Part shown: one piece after another, positions 1 through 9,773 of the stretch | How the letters are laid out: each line of letters opens with the position of its first letter | Position numbering within the stretch: the stretch's first letter is position 1 | Source of the DNA: Gemmatimonadota bacterium | GTDB taxonomy: Bacteria > Gemmatimonadota > Gemmatimonadetes > Gemmatimonadales > GWC2-71-9 | DNA length: 32,411 nt | NCBI GenBank assembly: GCA_003222235.1 | Contig: QHVD01000023.1 | Coordinates: forward strand, 1 to 32,411 | Direction of reading: 5' to 3' | Translations under genes and position numbers: made by a program | The notes under the pieces: model-generated | Database searches by the model: none | Told to the model about the DNA's origin: nothing | The model's input: the letters and a program-made list of their open reading frames with translations, nothing else

Positions 1-2387
1 TCCTCGAGCGCGCGCTCCATGACCTCAGCTTCGGTCGCGCCGCGGGCGACGCTGAGATGCGCCCGAACCTTGCCGTTCACCTGGACGACGACCTCGACCT
101 CGCCCGCAGCGGCGATGCGCTCGTCGAAGCTCGGCCACCGGCCTTCGAAGATCGACCGATCGTGCCCGAGGACGGCCCAGAGCTCCTCCGCGAGATGGGG
201 TGCGTAAGGCGCGAGGATCACGATGAGGGGCTCTACCGCATCCCGCGTCGCGCATCCCGCCTCCCGCAAGGCATTCACATACTCCATCATCGCGGCGATC
301 GCCGTGTTGTAGTCCAGGCTCGCCGTGTCCGCCGTGACCTTCCGGATCGTCTGATGGAGCTTGCGCGCAACGGCCGGCGGCAGCCCCGGGCCCGCTGACC
401 CTGGGGACCCCGGGGACCCCGGGCTTGCGCCCGGGGTTAGGGGGCCCGGGGTCCCTGGGGTCACGGCTGCCTCGTGCGCGAGCTGCCACACCTTGTCGAG
501 GAAGCGCCGGACCCCTGTGATCCCCTCGTCCCGGAAGTCGCCGCCCTCCTGAAACGGACCGAGGAACATGAGGTACATGCGGAACGCGTCGGCGCCCCAT
601 TTCCGGATGTAGGAGTCGGGAATCACCACGTTACCGCGCGACTTCGACATCTTGGCGCCGTCCTTGATGATCAGTCCGTGCGCCCGGAACTTCGGGAACG
701 GCTCTTCGAACCCGACGTGCCCGAGCTCCTCCAGCACCATCGTGATGAAGCGGGAGTACAGCAGGTGGAGCACCGCGTGCTCGTTCCCGCCGATGTAGGA
801 CGTCACGGGGAGCCAGGTCCTGGTCCGCTCGGTGTCCCAGGGCCGATCGTCGAACTCGGTGGACGGATAGCGAAGGAAGTACCACGCCGAGTCGAGGAAC
901 GTGTCCGACACATCGGTTTCCCGCCGCCCCGTGGCACCGCACTGCGGGCACTTCACGAAATACCACTCTTTGTGCCGCGCGAGCGGGCTCACGCCGGAGG
1001 CGTCGGGACGGAAGTCCTCGATGAACGGCAACACGACGGGAAGGTCGTGCTCCGGCACCCCCACCGGACCGCACCGGTCGCAGTAGATGATCGGGATCGG
1101 CGGTCCCCAGTAGCGCTGGCGCGAGATGCACCAGTCGTGAAGGCGGTACTGGACCTGCGGCGTCGCGAGCCCCCGTTCCCGCAGTCAATCCACGATGCGC
1201 CGCTGCGCAGCGCGGCAGGGCAGCCCGTCGAACTGCCCCGAGTTCATCATGGCGCCGTCCTCGGTGACGCTCGGGAGCGGCTCGTCGGCCTGCACGACTC
1301 GGCGCACGGGGAGGTTGAACGCCGCCGCGAACTCGAAGTCGCGCTTGTCGTGGGCCGGCACCGCCATGATGGCGCCCGTGCCGTACTCCATGACCACGTA
1401 GTCGGCGATCCAGATGGGGATCGCTTCCCCGGTCGCTGGATTGCGGGCGTAGGAGCCGAGAAACACCCCGCTCTTGGTCTTCTCGCCCACCTTGCGCGAC
1501 ACGAGGTCCCTCGCCAGCACCTCGCGCCGGTAGGCGTCGACCTCGTGGCGCCGCTCGTCGGCCGTGAGCGAGTCTACGAGGGGGTGCTCGGGCGCGAGCA
1601 CGATGTACGTGGCGCCGAACACGGTGTCCGGGCGGGTGGTGAAGACGGATAGCTTCGCGCCCGCCCCCGGCGTCTCGAACACGAGCTCTGCGCCCTCGCT
1701 CCGGCCGATCCAGTTGCGCTGCAGTGTGCGGGTCGAGTCCGACCAGTCGAGCCAGTCGAGGTTCTCGAGGAGGCGCTCGGCATAGCGGGTGATCGCGAAA
1801 AACCACTGCTCGAGGTAGCGCAGCTCGACCTTGGTGTCGGGGTGGCGCTCGCAGTAGCCGTTGATCACCTGTTCGTTCGCGACCACGCTCATGTCTTTGG
1901 GACACCAGTTGACCGCCCCCCTCTTCCGGAATGCGAGCCCGGCCTTGAAGAGCTGCAGGAAGATCCACTGCGTCCACTTGTAGTAGCGGGGGTCGGTGGT
2001 CGAGAGCTCGTGGCGCCAATCGAACATGCCGCCGACGCGCTTGAGCTGCCGGCGGAACGTCGCGATGTTCTGCGGGATCAGCGTCCCCGGGTTGGTCCCG
2101 ACCGAGAGCGCGTAGTTCTCGGAGTGGATGCCGAACGCGTCGAACCCGATCGGCTCGAACACGTCGTGCCCCTGGAGCCGCTGGAACCGCCCGTAGATGT
2201 CCGCGCCCGTGAACGCAAACATGTTCCCCACGTGCAACCCCTCGGCCGAGGGATAGGGGAACATCATCAGGTTGTAGAACGGCCGCTCGGGGCGGTCGAG
2301 ATCGGGCTCGTTGGTGTGGTTCTGCTCCCAACGCTCTTGCCACTTGGTCTCGACGGCCTCGGGGTCGTAGCTCGGGACCCGGCTCAT
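1..2387 (-). CDS. leuS: Leucine--tRNA ligase; 3' end runs off the window; in-frame TGA at 1185-1187
   Basis: MFPYPSAEGLHVGN (HIGH-like), CP1 editing motifs FTTRPDT and GTGAIMAVPAHD. The same frame continues past the TGA with [11 protein letters not shown], KMSKS and VVVQVNGKVR. Confidence 0.97.
379..471. repeat. Palindromic element built from GACCCCGGG 9-mers, in frame inside leuS
   Basis: Core ACCCCGGGC-TTGC-GCCCGGGGT at 416-437. Arms 396-414 and 445-463 pair at 17/19 positions. Outer GGCAGCC/GGCTGCC. Confidence 0.85.
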
Positions 2388-2409
2388 AACTGCATGAAAC
2401 TAAACAGGC

Positions 2410-2438
2410 TTGCCCCTCCAGGTAACCCTGCGTACCTT
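2410..2438 (+). promoter_or_regulatory. Putative sigma70 promoter of the chemoreceptor gene
   Basis: TTGCCC-N17-TACCTT, 13 nt upstream of ATG 2452. Confidence 0.55.
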
Positions 2439-2451
2439 GCCGACCCGCGTC

Positions 2452-4560
2452 ATGGCCAGCCGCACCCAGCAGCTCCGGCAGCGCTTCCTCCTGACGGGGG
2501 CCGGTGTCGCCCTCGTGCTCGTCGTCGGCTTCGCAGTGCTCTCGGGCAAAAGCACGCAACGGATCGTGGAGGGACAGGCGCGGGAGCAGGGTCAGGACGT
2601 GGCGACCCGCGTGGCCACCGCGGTCGACCAGTACCTGCGGGAGCGCCGCCACGAGGGAGAGGTGCTCGCCCTGTCGCCGGCGCTGATCCGGGCCGCCGTG
2701 AACGGATCGCAGCGGGCGGTCCGGGAGGGGCTGCTCCAGATGGACCGCTCGACCCTCGAGCGGATGTTCGGCCAACGCCGGGAGTTGGGGGGCGATCCGG
2801 AGCTCGCCGCCTACCTGCGGGAATACACCCGGCGGTCTGACTTCACGCAGCTGTTCTTCACCGAGAGCCACGGGTACACGGTGCTGTCGTCCGGTCGCCC
2901 CTCCGACTTCGTCCAGTCGGCCGCCGAGTGGTGGCGGCGCGCGATGGCGGACGGCGCGTACGCGGGCGGCCCGAGCTACGATTCCTCCGACGCGGCGGTG
3001 TCGCTCGAGTACGACGTTGCCCTCCGCGCGCCCGGTATCCCCCAGCCCGTGGGCGTTCTGAAGACCGTCTTCGCGCTCGACGCGCTGTCGCGCCTACTCG
3101 CGGCGGCGGGACTGGAGGGCGCGCGGTTGCAGGTCGTGGACGGCGAAGGCCGCGCAGTCGTGACGCCGAATCAGGGCGAGGTGCTGCGCGCGCTCCCCGA
3201 CGCCCGGGCGGTGCCGCGGACCGCGCGGCCGGCCTGGACCACGGTGCGGACGGCGGCAGGCGAGGAGCTGGTCATTACTGTCCCCGCGAACGAGGGGAAG
3301 TGGTGGGTCGTCTTCCGACAGCCGACCGGCGCCGCCTACGCCGCGGCGCAGGCCACGCTCGGGAACAATTTCCTCTGGGCCGTCGTCGTCTTCGCCGCGA
3401 CGCTGGGGCTGGTCTACCTCGCCTGGCGCTGGCTCAACAAGCGGGTCACCGAGCCCGTGCGTGCGGCCGGGGCGATCGCGAGCCGGGTGGCGGGCGGCGA
3501 CCTGTCGGCGACGGTGGCGGCGGAGCGGACGGAGACGGCGGAGGTGGGTGATCTCCTTTCCTCCGTACACACGATGGTCGTCGCGCTGCGCCGGCTGGTG
3601 GGTGCGATCCGCACGGCCGCCGACGAGGCCGCGGCCATGGCGAGCGAGATCTCGGCTTCCACCGAGCAGATGAGCGCTTCGACGCAGCAGATGAGCGCGA
3701 CCTGCCAGGACCTCACGCAGCGCGCGGCGGAACAGGCGCGGCTGGTGCGCGCGGCGGCCGACGACTCTGCGAAGATCCTGGAAATCGCCACGGTCCTCGC
3801 GGCGGGTGCCGAGGACTCGGTGCGCCGCAACACCGCCGTCGCGGAGCTGGCGCGCCGCCACAAGGGGGTGCTGGACCAGAGCACGACCCAGCTCGTGAAG
3901 CTCGCCGAAGAGGTGGATCGGGGAGTGCGCGAGGCGGAGGCGCTGGCGCTGGCGTCGGGTGAGGTTCAGAAGTTCGTGGCGCAGACGAAGGCGATCGCCA
4001 ACCAGACGAACATGCTCGCCCTGAACGCCGCGATCGAAGCCGCGCGCGCGGGGCCGCAGGGGCGCGGGTTCGCCGTCGTGGCGGACGAAGTCCGCAAGCT
4101 CGCCTCCGTGGCGGCCGCGGCGGCCGGCGACACCGCGGACACGGTGCGTGGCGTGCTCGCCCGCATCGCAGCGACGCGGGAGCGGCTGGCCCAGGTGGCG
4201 CAGGGTGGCGCGGCGGCCCGGGAGGCGGCGACGAGCGCCGCCGAAGGTCTCGCCACCGTGGTGCTGGAGGCTCAGGCGAGCGACGTCTGGAGCCGCGAGA
4301 TCGCGCGTTCGGCGGAGGAGATGCGGGCGCTCGTGGAGGAGATCGGCGCGCGGCTCGCCTCCGTGGCGCAGGGCACGGAGAGCCTGCTCGCCGCGGCGGA
4401 GGAGATCGCGGCGTCATCCGAGCAGCAAAGCGCGTCCACTCAGGAGATCGCGAGCTCCGCCAACCAGCTCGCCGAGGCGTCGGATCGCCTCACCGGTGCG
4501 GTGAAGTCGTTCCGGCTGCTCGCCGACGAGGAGCCGCCGGCGCGGCAGGCCGCGGACTGA
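2452..4560 (+). CDS. Methyl-accepting chemotaxis protein (TM, Cache-like sensor, TM, HAMP, signalling domain)
   Basis: Two hydrophobic segments and the hairpin-tip signature [40 protein letters not shown] 2452 preferred over TTG 2410. Confidence 0.93.
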   Translation: MASRTQQLRQRFLLTGAGVALVLVVGFAVLSGKSTQRIVEGQAREQGQDVATRVATAVDQYLRERRHEGEVLALSPALIRAAVNGSQRAVREGLLQMDRSTLERMFGQRRELGGDPELAAYLREYTRRSDFTQLFFTESHGYTVLSSGRPSDFVQSAAEWWRRAMADGAYAGGPSYDSSDAAVSLEYDVALRAPGIPQPVGVLKTVFALDALSRLLAAAGLEGARLQVVDGEGRAVVTPNQGEVLRALPDARAVPRTARPAWTTVRTAAGEELVITVPANEGKWWVVFRQPTGAAYAAAQATLGNNFLWAVVVFAATLGLVYLAWRWLNKRVTEPVRAAGAIASRVAGGDLSATVAAERTETAEVGDLLSSVHTMVVALRRLVGAIRTAADEAAAMASEISASTEQMSASTQQMSATCQDLTQRAAEQARLVRAAADDSAKILEIATVLAAGAEDSVRRNTAVAELARRHKGVLDQSTTQLVKLAEEVDRGVREAEALALASGEVQKFVAQTKAIANQTNMLALNAAIEAARAGPQGRGFAVVADEVRKLASVAAAAAGDTADTVRGVLARIAATRERLAQVAQGGAAAREAATSAAEGLATVVLEAQASDVWSREIARSAEEMRALVEEIGARLASVAQGTESLLAAAEEIAASSEQQSASTQEIASSANQLAEASDRLTGAVKSFRLLADEEPPARQAAD

Positions 4561-4562
4561 CG

Positions 4563-6155
4563 TCAGCCGAGATCCGCCAGCCGCACCTGCAGGATGTCCG
4601 GGACGCGCCCGAGCTGGTCCAGCACGCCGTTCGTGAGGGCCTGATCCACCGTGATCGCCGCCAGGGCTTCCTGTCCGGGGGCGTCGCGGCGCGCCTGGTG
4701 ATAGCTGCCGATGTTGATCCCCGCCTGCCCGAGCAGCGTGCCCACGCGCCCGATGACGCCGGGCACGTCGCGGTTGCGGATCACGATCATCCACCCCTCG
4801 GGCGCCACGTCCACGTGGTATTCGTCGATGCGGATGACCCGGCCGTGGCTGTCGCCGACCAGCGCACCGGCGACGCGGGCCCGACCCTGTGCCGTCGCGA
4901 GCTTCACGCCCACCGTGGTCTCGAATCCCGGCTCCGGCGTTCCGGTCTTGCGGGCGTGCTGGATGCCGCGCTCTTCGGCGATGAGGAGCGCGTTCACGAG
5001 GCTCACCGGCTCCACGCGCATCGCGCCGAGCAGCCCCTCGACCGCCGCCATCAACACCGGGCGCGGCGCCGCCTCGTCCTTCCCGCCGTAGGCGACCTCG
5101 ACCGAAGCGACCGGGCCGTCCACCAGGGCGAGCGCGAGTCGGCTCAGCCGCCGCGCCAGGTCGAGCAGCGGCCCGAGTCGCCGCAGCACGTCGCCCGAGA
5201 TCCCCGGCACGTTGATCGCGAACGACAGGTCTCCCGAGACGAGGGACTCGCGCACCGCCGTGCAGATCTCGAGGCTGACCCGCTCCTGCGCTTCCGCCGT
5301 AGAGGCCGCGAGGTGCGGTGTGAGGATCACGCGGTCGAGCTGCCGCAGCGGCGAATCGGCCGGCAGCGGCTCGACGGCGAAGACGTCGATCGCCGCGCCC
5401 GCGATCCGCTTGGAGCGGATCGCCTCGGCCAGCGCAGCTTCGTCCACCAGCTCCCCGCGCGCGGTGTTGATGAGCAGCGCCGTCGGCTTCATGAGGCTCA
5501 GCCGCTCGCCGTTGATGAGGTGGTGGGTCTGCTCGGTGTGGGCCACATGCAGCGTGACCACGTCCACCTGACGCAGCAGCAAGTCCAGCGGCAGCAGCTT
5601 GACCTGCAGCTCGGCGGCCCGCTCGGGGTCGAGGAACGGATCGTGCCCCAGCGTCTGCATGCCGAACGCCCGCGCGAACTGGGCCACGTGCCCGCCGACG
5701 CGGCCGAGCCCCACGATCCCGATCGTCTTACCGCGGAGCTCGGTTCCCTCGAACCGCTTGCGGTCCCATCCGCCCCGGCGCATCGCCTCCGCAGCCCAAG
5801 GAATCTGGCGGACGAGCGAGAGCAGCAGGCTCATCGCATGCTCGGCCGCGCTCACGGTGTTGGCGCCGGGGGCGTTCATCACCGCGACGCCCCGCCGCGT
5901 CGCCGCGTGGACGTCGATGTTGTCCACTCCGGTACCGGCGCGGGCGATGACGCGCAGGTGCGGCGCCCGGGTGAGCAGGTCCGCCGTCACCCGCGTCTCG
6001 CTCCGCACGATCAGCGCGTGCGCGCCCGCGAGCGCCCGCTCGAGCTCCTCGCGGGGCCGTCCCGCGACGTTTGCCACCTCGAGCTCCGGCGTGGCGGCGA
6101 GCAGCTGCAGGCCCGCCTCGGCCAGCCGGTCGGCGACCACGACCCGGTGGGTCAT
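4563..6155 (-). CDS. serA: D-3-phosphoglycerate dehydrogenase, type I with ASB and ACT domains
   Basis: RAGTGVDNID, GLGRVG, INTARG, DVFAVEP, TPHLAAST, C-terminal NRDVPGVIG ACT domain; 530 aa. Confidence 0.95.
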   Translation of the reverse strand: MTHRVVVADRLAEAGLQLLAATPELEVANVAGRPREELERALAGAHALIVRSETRVTADLLTRAPHLRVIARAGTGVDNIDVHAATRRGVAVMNAPGANTVSAAEHAMSLLLSLVRQIPWAAEAMRRGGWDRKRFEGTELRGKTIGIVGLGRVGGHVAQFARAFGMQTLGHDPFLDPERAAELQVKLLPLDLLLRQVDVVTLHVAHTEQTHHLINGERLSLMKPTALLINTARGELVDEAALAEAIRSKRIAGAAIDVFAVEPLPADSPLRQLDRVILTPHLAASTAEAQERVSLEICTAVRESLVSGDLSFAINVPGISGDVLRRLGPLLDLARRLSRLALALVDGPVASVEVAYGGKDEAAPRPVLMAAVEGLLGAMRVEPVSLVNALLIAEERGIQHARKTGTPEPGFETTVGVKLATAQGRARVAGALVGDSHGRVIRIDEYHVDVAPEGWMIVIRNRDVPGVIGRVGTLLGQAGINIGSYHQARRDAPGQEALAAITVDQALTNGVLDQLGRVPDILQVRLADLG

Positions 6156-7231
6156 GCCAGGATCCCGCCGAGCAGGGTGAGCAGCTCGTCCAGCGCTGCG
6201 ACGCTATGGTCGCCCATGTGGCCGATCCGGATCGTCGTCTCCTTGAGCGGGCCATACCCCGCACCGATGGTCCATCCGGCCTCCTTCAGCGCCCCCACGA
6301 CCTGCTTCGCGCTCTTCCCCTCCGGCACTTTGACGCACGAGACGCTCCAGCTGCGCCGTCCCTCCGGGGGCAGGTAGGCGACGCCGCGGCGCTCGCACCA
6401 TTCTTCCACCCGCCGCCGCATCGCGTCGTGGCGCCGCCAGCGGGCCGTGACGCCCCCCTCACGGTCGATGCGCGCGAGCTGCGTCTCCAGCGCGTAGAAG
6501 AGCGGGATCGCCGGCGTATTGGTCGGCTGGTGCTTGGCCATCGCCTCGGAGAGGCTCACGAGGTCGAAGTACAGGCCGCGGCCGGAGAGCGTCTTGGCGC
6601 GGGCCAGCATGCGCTCCGATGCGACGCCGAGCGCGAGCCCCGGCGGGAGGGCGAGCGCCTTCTGCGAGCCGGTGAGGACGAAATCCAGTCTCCAGCGGTC
6701 GGTCTCGACGGGAGAGGCGGCGAGCGACGTGACCGCGTCGACGAGCAGGAGCACGTCGTCGAATTCATGGACCACGGCCGCCAGGGCCTCGAGGTCCTGC
6801 AGCGCGCCGGTGGACGTCTCCGAGTGGACGAGGGTCACGGCATCCACCGGCGTGCGTCGCAGCGCGTCACGCAACACGTCCGCTTCCAACACGCACCCGA
6901 GCGGCACGTCGAGGCGCACGCAGTCCTTGCCGCAGGCGCGGACCAAGTTCGCGAACCGTTCGCTGAAGGAGCCGTTGACGAGGCAGAGGGCCCGGTGCCG
7001 CACCCCGTTCCGGACCGCCAGTTCCATGAACCCCGTGGCGGACGTCGTGCCGACGAGCACCAGGCGGGACGTCTGGAACAGGCGGGCGAGCGACGGCTGC
7101 AGGCCGCCGAGCAGCTGCTCCATCGCGCTCGAGCGGTGGCCGATCATCGGCCGCTGCATCGCGGCCAACACGTCGGGATGGACGTCAGTCGGGCCCGGAA
7201 GAAAGAAACGCCCGAAAGCGGGCGTCGTCAT
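6152..7231 (-). CDS. PLP-dependent class V aminotransferase (alanine-glyoxylate/serine-pyruvate type)
   Basis: FLPGPT, VHSETSTG, VDAVTS, TGSQKAL (PLP lysine), RIGHMG. Start at MTTPAF through an ATGA overlap with the upstream stop. Confidence 0.92.
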   Translation of the reverse strand: MTTPAFGRFFLPGPTDVHPDVLAAMQRPMIGHRSSAMEQLLGGLQPSLARLFQTSRLVLVGTTSATGFMELAVRNGVRHRALCLVNGSFSERFANLVRACGKDCVRLDVPLGCVLEADVLRDALRRTPVDAVTLVHSETSTGALQDLEALAAVVHEFDDVLLLVDAVTSLAASPVETDRWRLDFVLTGSQKALALPPGLALGVASERMLARAKTLSGRGLYFDLVSLSEAMAKHQPTNTPAIPLFYALETQLARIDREGGVTARWRRHDAMRRRVEEWCERRGVAYLPPEGRRSWSVSCVKVPEGKSAKQVVGALKEAGWTIGAGYGPLKETTIRIGHMGDHSVAALDELLTLLGGILA

Positions 7232-7893
7232 ACGGCGGCGCTGGCGAGCTCCTCCACCAGGCCTTCCTCGACCAGTTCTTTCGTCCTCACGAGGCGCACC
7301 CCCTCGTCGCCCCATTCCCTGAGCAGGTGTTCGGAGACGTCCTGGTCGATGCCCCGGACGGCGTCGGTGACGACGAAGAGCCGCGTGTGCGGCCGCCGCT
7401 CCAGCAGTCCCTCGATCGCCGCCTTGTCGCACACGTCCGTCGCGACGCCGTACAGCACGATGTCCTGTGGATCGAGCACTTCGAGCACCGCCATCACATT
7501 CTCGTTGGTGAAAACGTCGAAGCGGTGCTTGTGGAACAGGACGTCCCCCCTGTGGGCGCGCACCCGCTCGGCGAGGGTCTGCGGGTCCGTCCGAGCAGGC
7601 TCGACCACGAGCGGGTCCCGGAGCGCGGTCTCAGGAATCTTCTTTTGCCCGGACGTGCCGCGCATGCAATGCGGCGGGAAGGTGCTCTGCCAGTCGGGTT
7701 TGTCCGAGATCTCCGGATGGCCCATCACGTGGTCGTCGGCGCTCGCCACGATCCGGATCCCGCGGGTGTGGGCGTAGTCCGTCAGGCGCTTCAGGTTGGG
7801 GATGATGTCTTGGGCTCCGGGCACGGAGAGCTTGCCGTCGGGCTGCATGAAGTCGTACTGGGTATCGACATCCCAGAAGATGACACGGGCCAT
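7228..7893 (-). CDS. pncA: Nicotinamidase/pyrazinamidase (isochorismatase family)
   Basis: DVDTQYDF..DGKLSVPG, DDH and FPPHC metal ligands, GVATDVC catalytic Cys; GGAAGG RBS. Confidence 0.85.
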   Translation of the reverse strand: MARVIFWDVDTQYDFMQPDGKLSVPGAQDIIPNLKRLTDYAHTRGIRIVASADDHVMGHPEISDKPDWQSTFPPHCMRGTSGQKKIPETALRDPLVVEPARTDPQTLAERVRAHRGDVLFHKHRFDVFTNENVMAVLEVLDPQDIVLYGVATDVCDKAAIEGLLERRPHTRLFVVTDAVRGIDQDVSEHLLREWGDEGVRLVRTKELVEEGLVEELASAAV

Positions 7894-7924
7894 GGGACCT
7901 TCCTTGGATGATGCCAGCCCTGGG

Positions 7925-7954
7925 AATCTCTGGGGGAAAACGGGAATGTGTCAA
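7925..7954 (-). promoter_or_regulatory. Putative sigma70 promoter of the pncA-aminotransferase-serA operon
   Basis: TTGACA-N18-GAGATT on the minus strand. Confidence 0.5.
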
Positions 7955-7959
7955 CGGCC

Positions 7960-8031
7960 AGATGGCTAGACGACTAGCCGTCTAGCGGTGGCTAGGGCGA
8001 AGGGAGGAGTTAGGCTGGCCTAGTCCGTCTA
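7960..8031. repeat. CTAG-rich degenerate 8-mer repeat and hairpin downstream of argA
   Basis: AGATGGCT AGACGACT AGCCGTCT AG...; CTAG at 7966, 7974, 7982, 7992 and 8020. Confidence 0.6.
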
Positions 8032-8568
8032 TAACTTCAGGACTACCGCGATCTCGTCGCAGCAGTTCTGTCGCGGGCACCTGGCGCAGTCCGCCCACAC
8101 CTTGAGGGGGAAGTGCTCCTTCTCGGCGGGGACGAAGCCGAGCCTCAGGAAGAATGTCGGCTTGCGCGTGAGCGCCAGGACCTCGCTCAGGCCGTGGGCG
8201 CGCGCCTCGCCGATCAGCGCCTCTGTCAGCGCCCGGCCGACGCCCGTACCCTGGTGGTCCGCGTGCACGGCGAGCCCCGCGATTTCGGCGAGGTCGCGGG
8301 AGTAGATCTTCAGGGACCCACACCCCACCAGGCCGCCGTCGGGCGCTCCGGCCACCACGTACTCCTTGATGTGTCGACAGAGATCGTAATTGCTCCGCGG
8401 CAGGAGATCACCGGTCGCCACGTAGGGCGCCATCAACCGCTCCAGCGCGGGAACGTCGGCGAGCACCGCGGGGCGGACGGACGTGGGACGTAGCGCTGCG
8501 TCCTGCAACCCAGCGGGGGCCGACGGCCGGCTCCCGACACCCGACGCCCAGCGGTTCGCGGCGCTCAC
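8029..8568 (-). CDS. argA: Short GNAT N-acetyltransferase, probable N-acetylglutamate synthase
   Basis: LLPRS, AEIAGLAV, QGTGVG acetyl-CoA motif, FFLRLGF, KVWADCxxC..CDE tail. Last gene of the arg operon, with a GTGA overlap and GGAGG RBS. Confidence 0.8.
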   Translation of the reverse strand: MSAANRWASGVGSRPSAPAGLQDAALRPTSVRPAVLADVPALERLMAPYVATGDLLPRSNYDLCRHIKEYVVAGAPDGGLVGCGSLKIYSRDLAEIAGLAVHADHQGTGVGRALTEALIGEARAHGLSEVLALTRKPTFFLRLGFVPAEKEHFPLKVWADCARCPRQNCCDEIAVVLKL

Positions 8569-9773
8569 GCCAGTACCTCCTCCAGAATCGCGACGCCGCG
8601 TTCGAGCTCCTCGAGCGTGATGACGAGCGGCGGGATCAGCCGCAGCACGTTGGGCCCGGCGGTGACCACGAGCAAGGCCCGCTCGCGCGCCGCGGTGACG
8701 AACGGCGCCGCGGGCTCGGTGAGCTCGATGCCCCACATCAGCCCCCGCCCGCGCACCTCGCGCACCCGCGGCGACCGCGCGGCCAAGGCGCCGAGCCGCT
8801 CGCCGACCCAGTCGCCCTTGCGGCGCACGGCGGCGAGAAAGTCGGGGGCGGCGACCGTGCGCACCACGTCCAGCGCGACGCGCGCCACGAGCGGGCCCCC
8901 TCCGAAGGTCGTCGCGTGATCTCCCGGCTTGAGCGACGCGCCGATCCCGCCGGTCACGAGCACCGCGCCCATGGGCAGCCCGCCGGCGAGCGGCTTCGCC
9001 AGGGTGAGGATGTCGGGGACGATTCCGGTCTGCTCGTAGGCGAACAGGGTCCCGGTGCGGCCGAGGCCGCACTGCACCTCATCGAAGATCAGGGCGACGC
9101 CGCGGGAGTCACACAGCTCCCGCAGGAATCCGAGCCACTCGGCGTCGAGCGGGCGCACTCCTCCCTCTCCCTGCACCGGCTCGACGATCACGCTCGCCGT
9201 CCGGGATGCCGAGACCGCATGGTCCACCGCCGCCCAATCCCCCAGCGGGACGATCCGGATGCCGGGCACGAGCGGCTCGAACGGCTTGCGGTATTCGGGC
9301 CGGTCGGTAGCCGCGAGCGACGCGAACAACCGGCCGTGGAACGCCCCGCTGAACGCGACGATCTCGGTCTTCCCCGACCACTTGCGCGCGAACTTGAACG
9401 CGGCCTCGTTCGCCTCCGCCCCCGAGTTGCAGAAGAAGACACGATCGGCGAAAGAGCGGGCCACCAGCTCCTCGGCCAGCCGCTCGCCCGGCTCCGTGCG
9501 ATAGAGGTTGGACGCATGAATCAGCCCGGTGGAGAGCGCGCGCTCGACCGCCCCGCGGACCACGGGATGATTGTAGCCGAGGGCGTTGACCCCGATCCCG
9601 GCGACGAAGTCCAGGTAACGCGCGCCGTCCTCTGCGACGAGCTCCACGCCTTCCCCCCGGACGAACATGGGACCGACCCGGGCATACACGCCCAGCAACG
9701 CCTCGGTGGCCGGGGGGACGTCGGGGGCCGAGGGGAGCAGGGGGCTGGATGGGCTCGTTCGGACGCTGGTCAC
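8565..9773 (-). CDS. argD: Acetylornithine aminotransferase (class III PLP)
   Basis: YLDFVAGIGVNALG, FFCNSGAEANE, FHGR, EPVQGEGG, DEVQCGLGRTG, LAKPLAGG, HATTFGG. GTG start overlaps the argB stop. Confidence 0.93.
   Translation of the reverse strand: MTSVRTSPSSPLLPSAPDVPPATEALLGVYARVGPMFVRGEGVELVAEDGARYLDFVAGIGVNALGYNHPVVRGAVERALSTGLIHASNLYRTEPGERLAEELVARSFADRVFFCNSGAEANEAAFKFARKWSGKTEIVAFSGAFHGRLFASLAATDRPEYRKPFEPLVPGIRIVPLGDWAAVDHAVSASRTASVIVEPVQGEGGVRPLDAEWLGFLRELCDSRGVALIFDEVQCGLGRTGTLFAYEQTGIVPDILTLAKPLAGGLPMGAVLVTGGIGASLKPGDHATTFGGGPLVARVALDVVRTVAAPDFLAAVRRKGDWVGERLGALAARSPRVREVRGRGLMWGIELTEPAAPFVTAARERALLVVTAGPNVLRLIPPLVITLEELERGVAILEEVLA

Noticed and set aside
1185-1187. Alternative genetic code or selenocysteine at the leuS TGA
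   Set aside because: TGA is the true stop of many genes here (ATGA/GTGA overlaps), Trp uses TGG, the site is not a Cys position, and no convincing bacterial SECIS follows.
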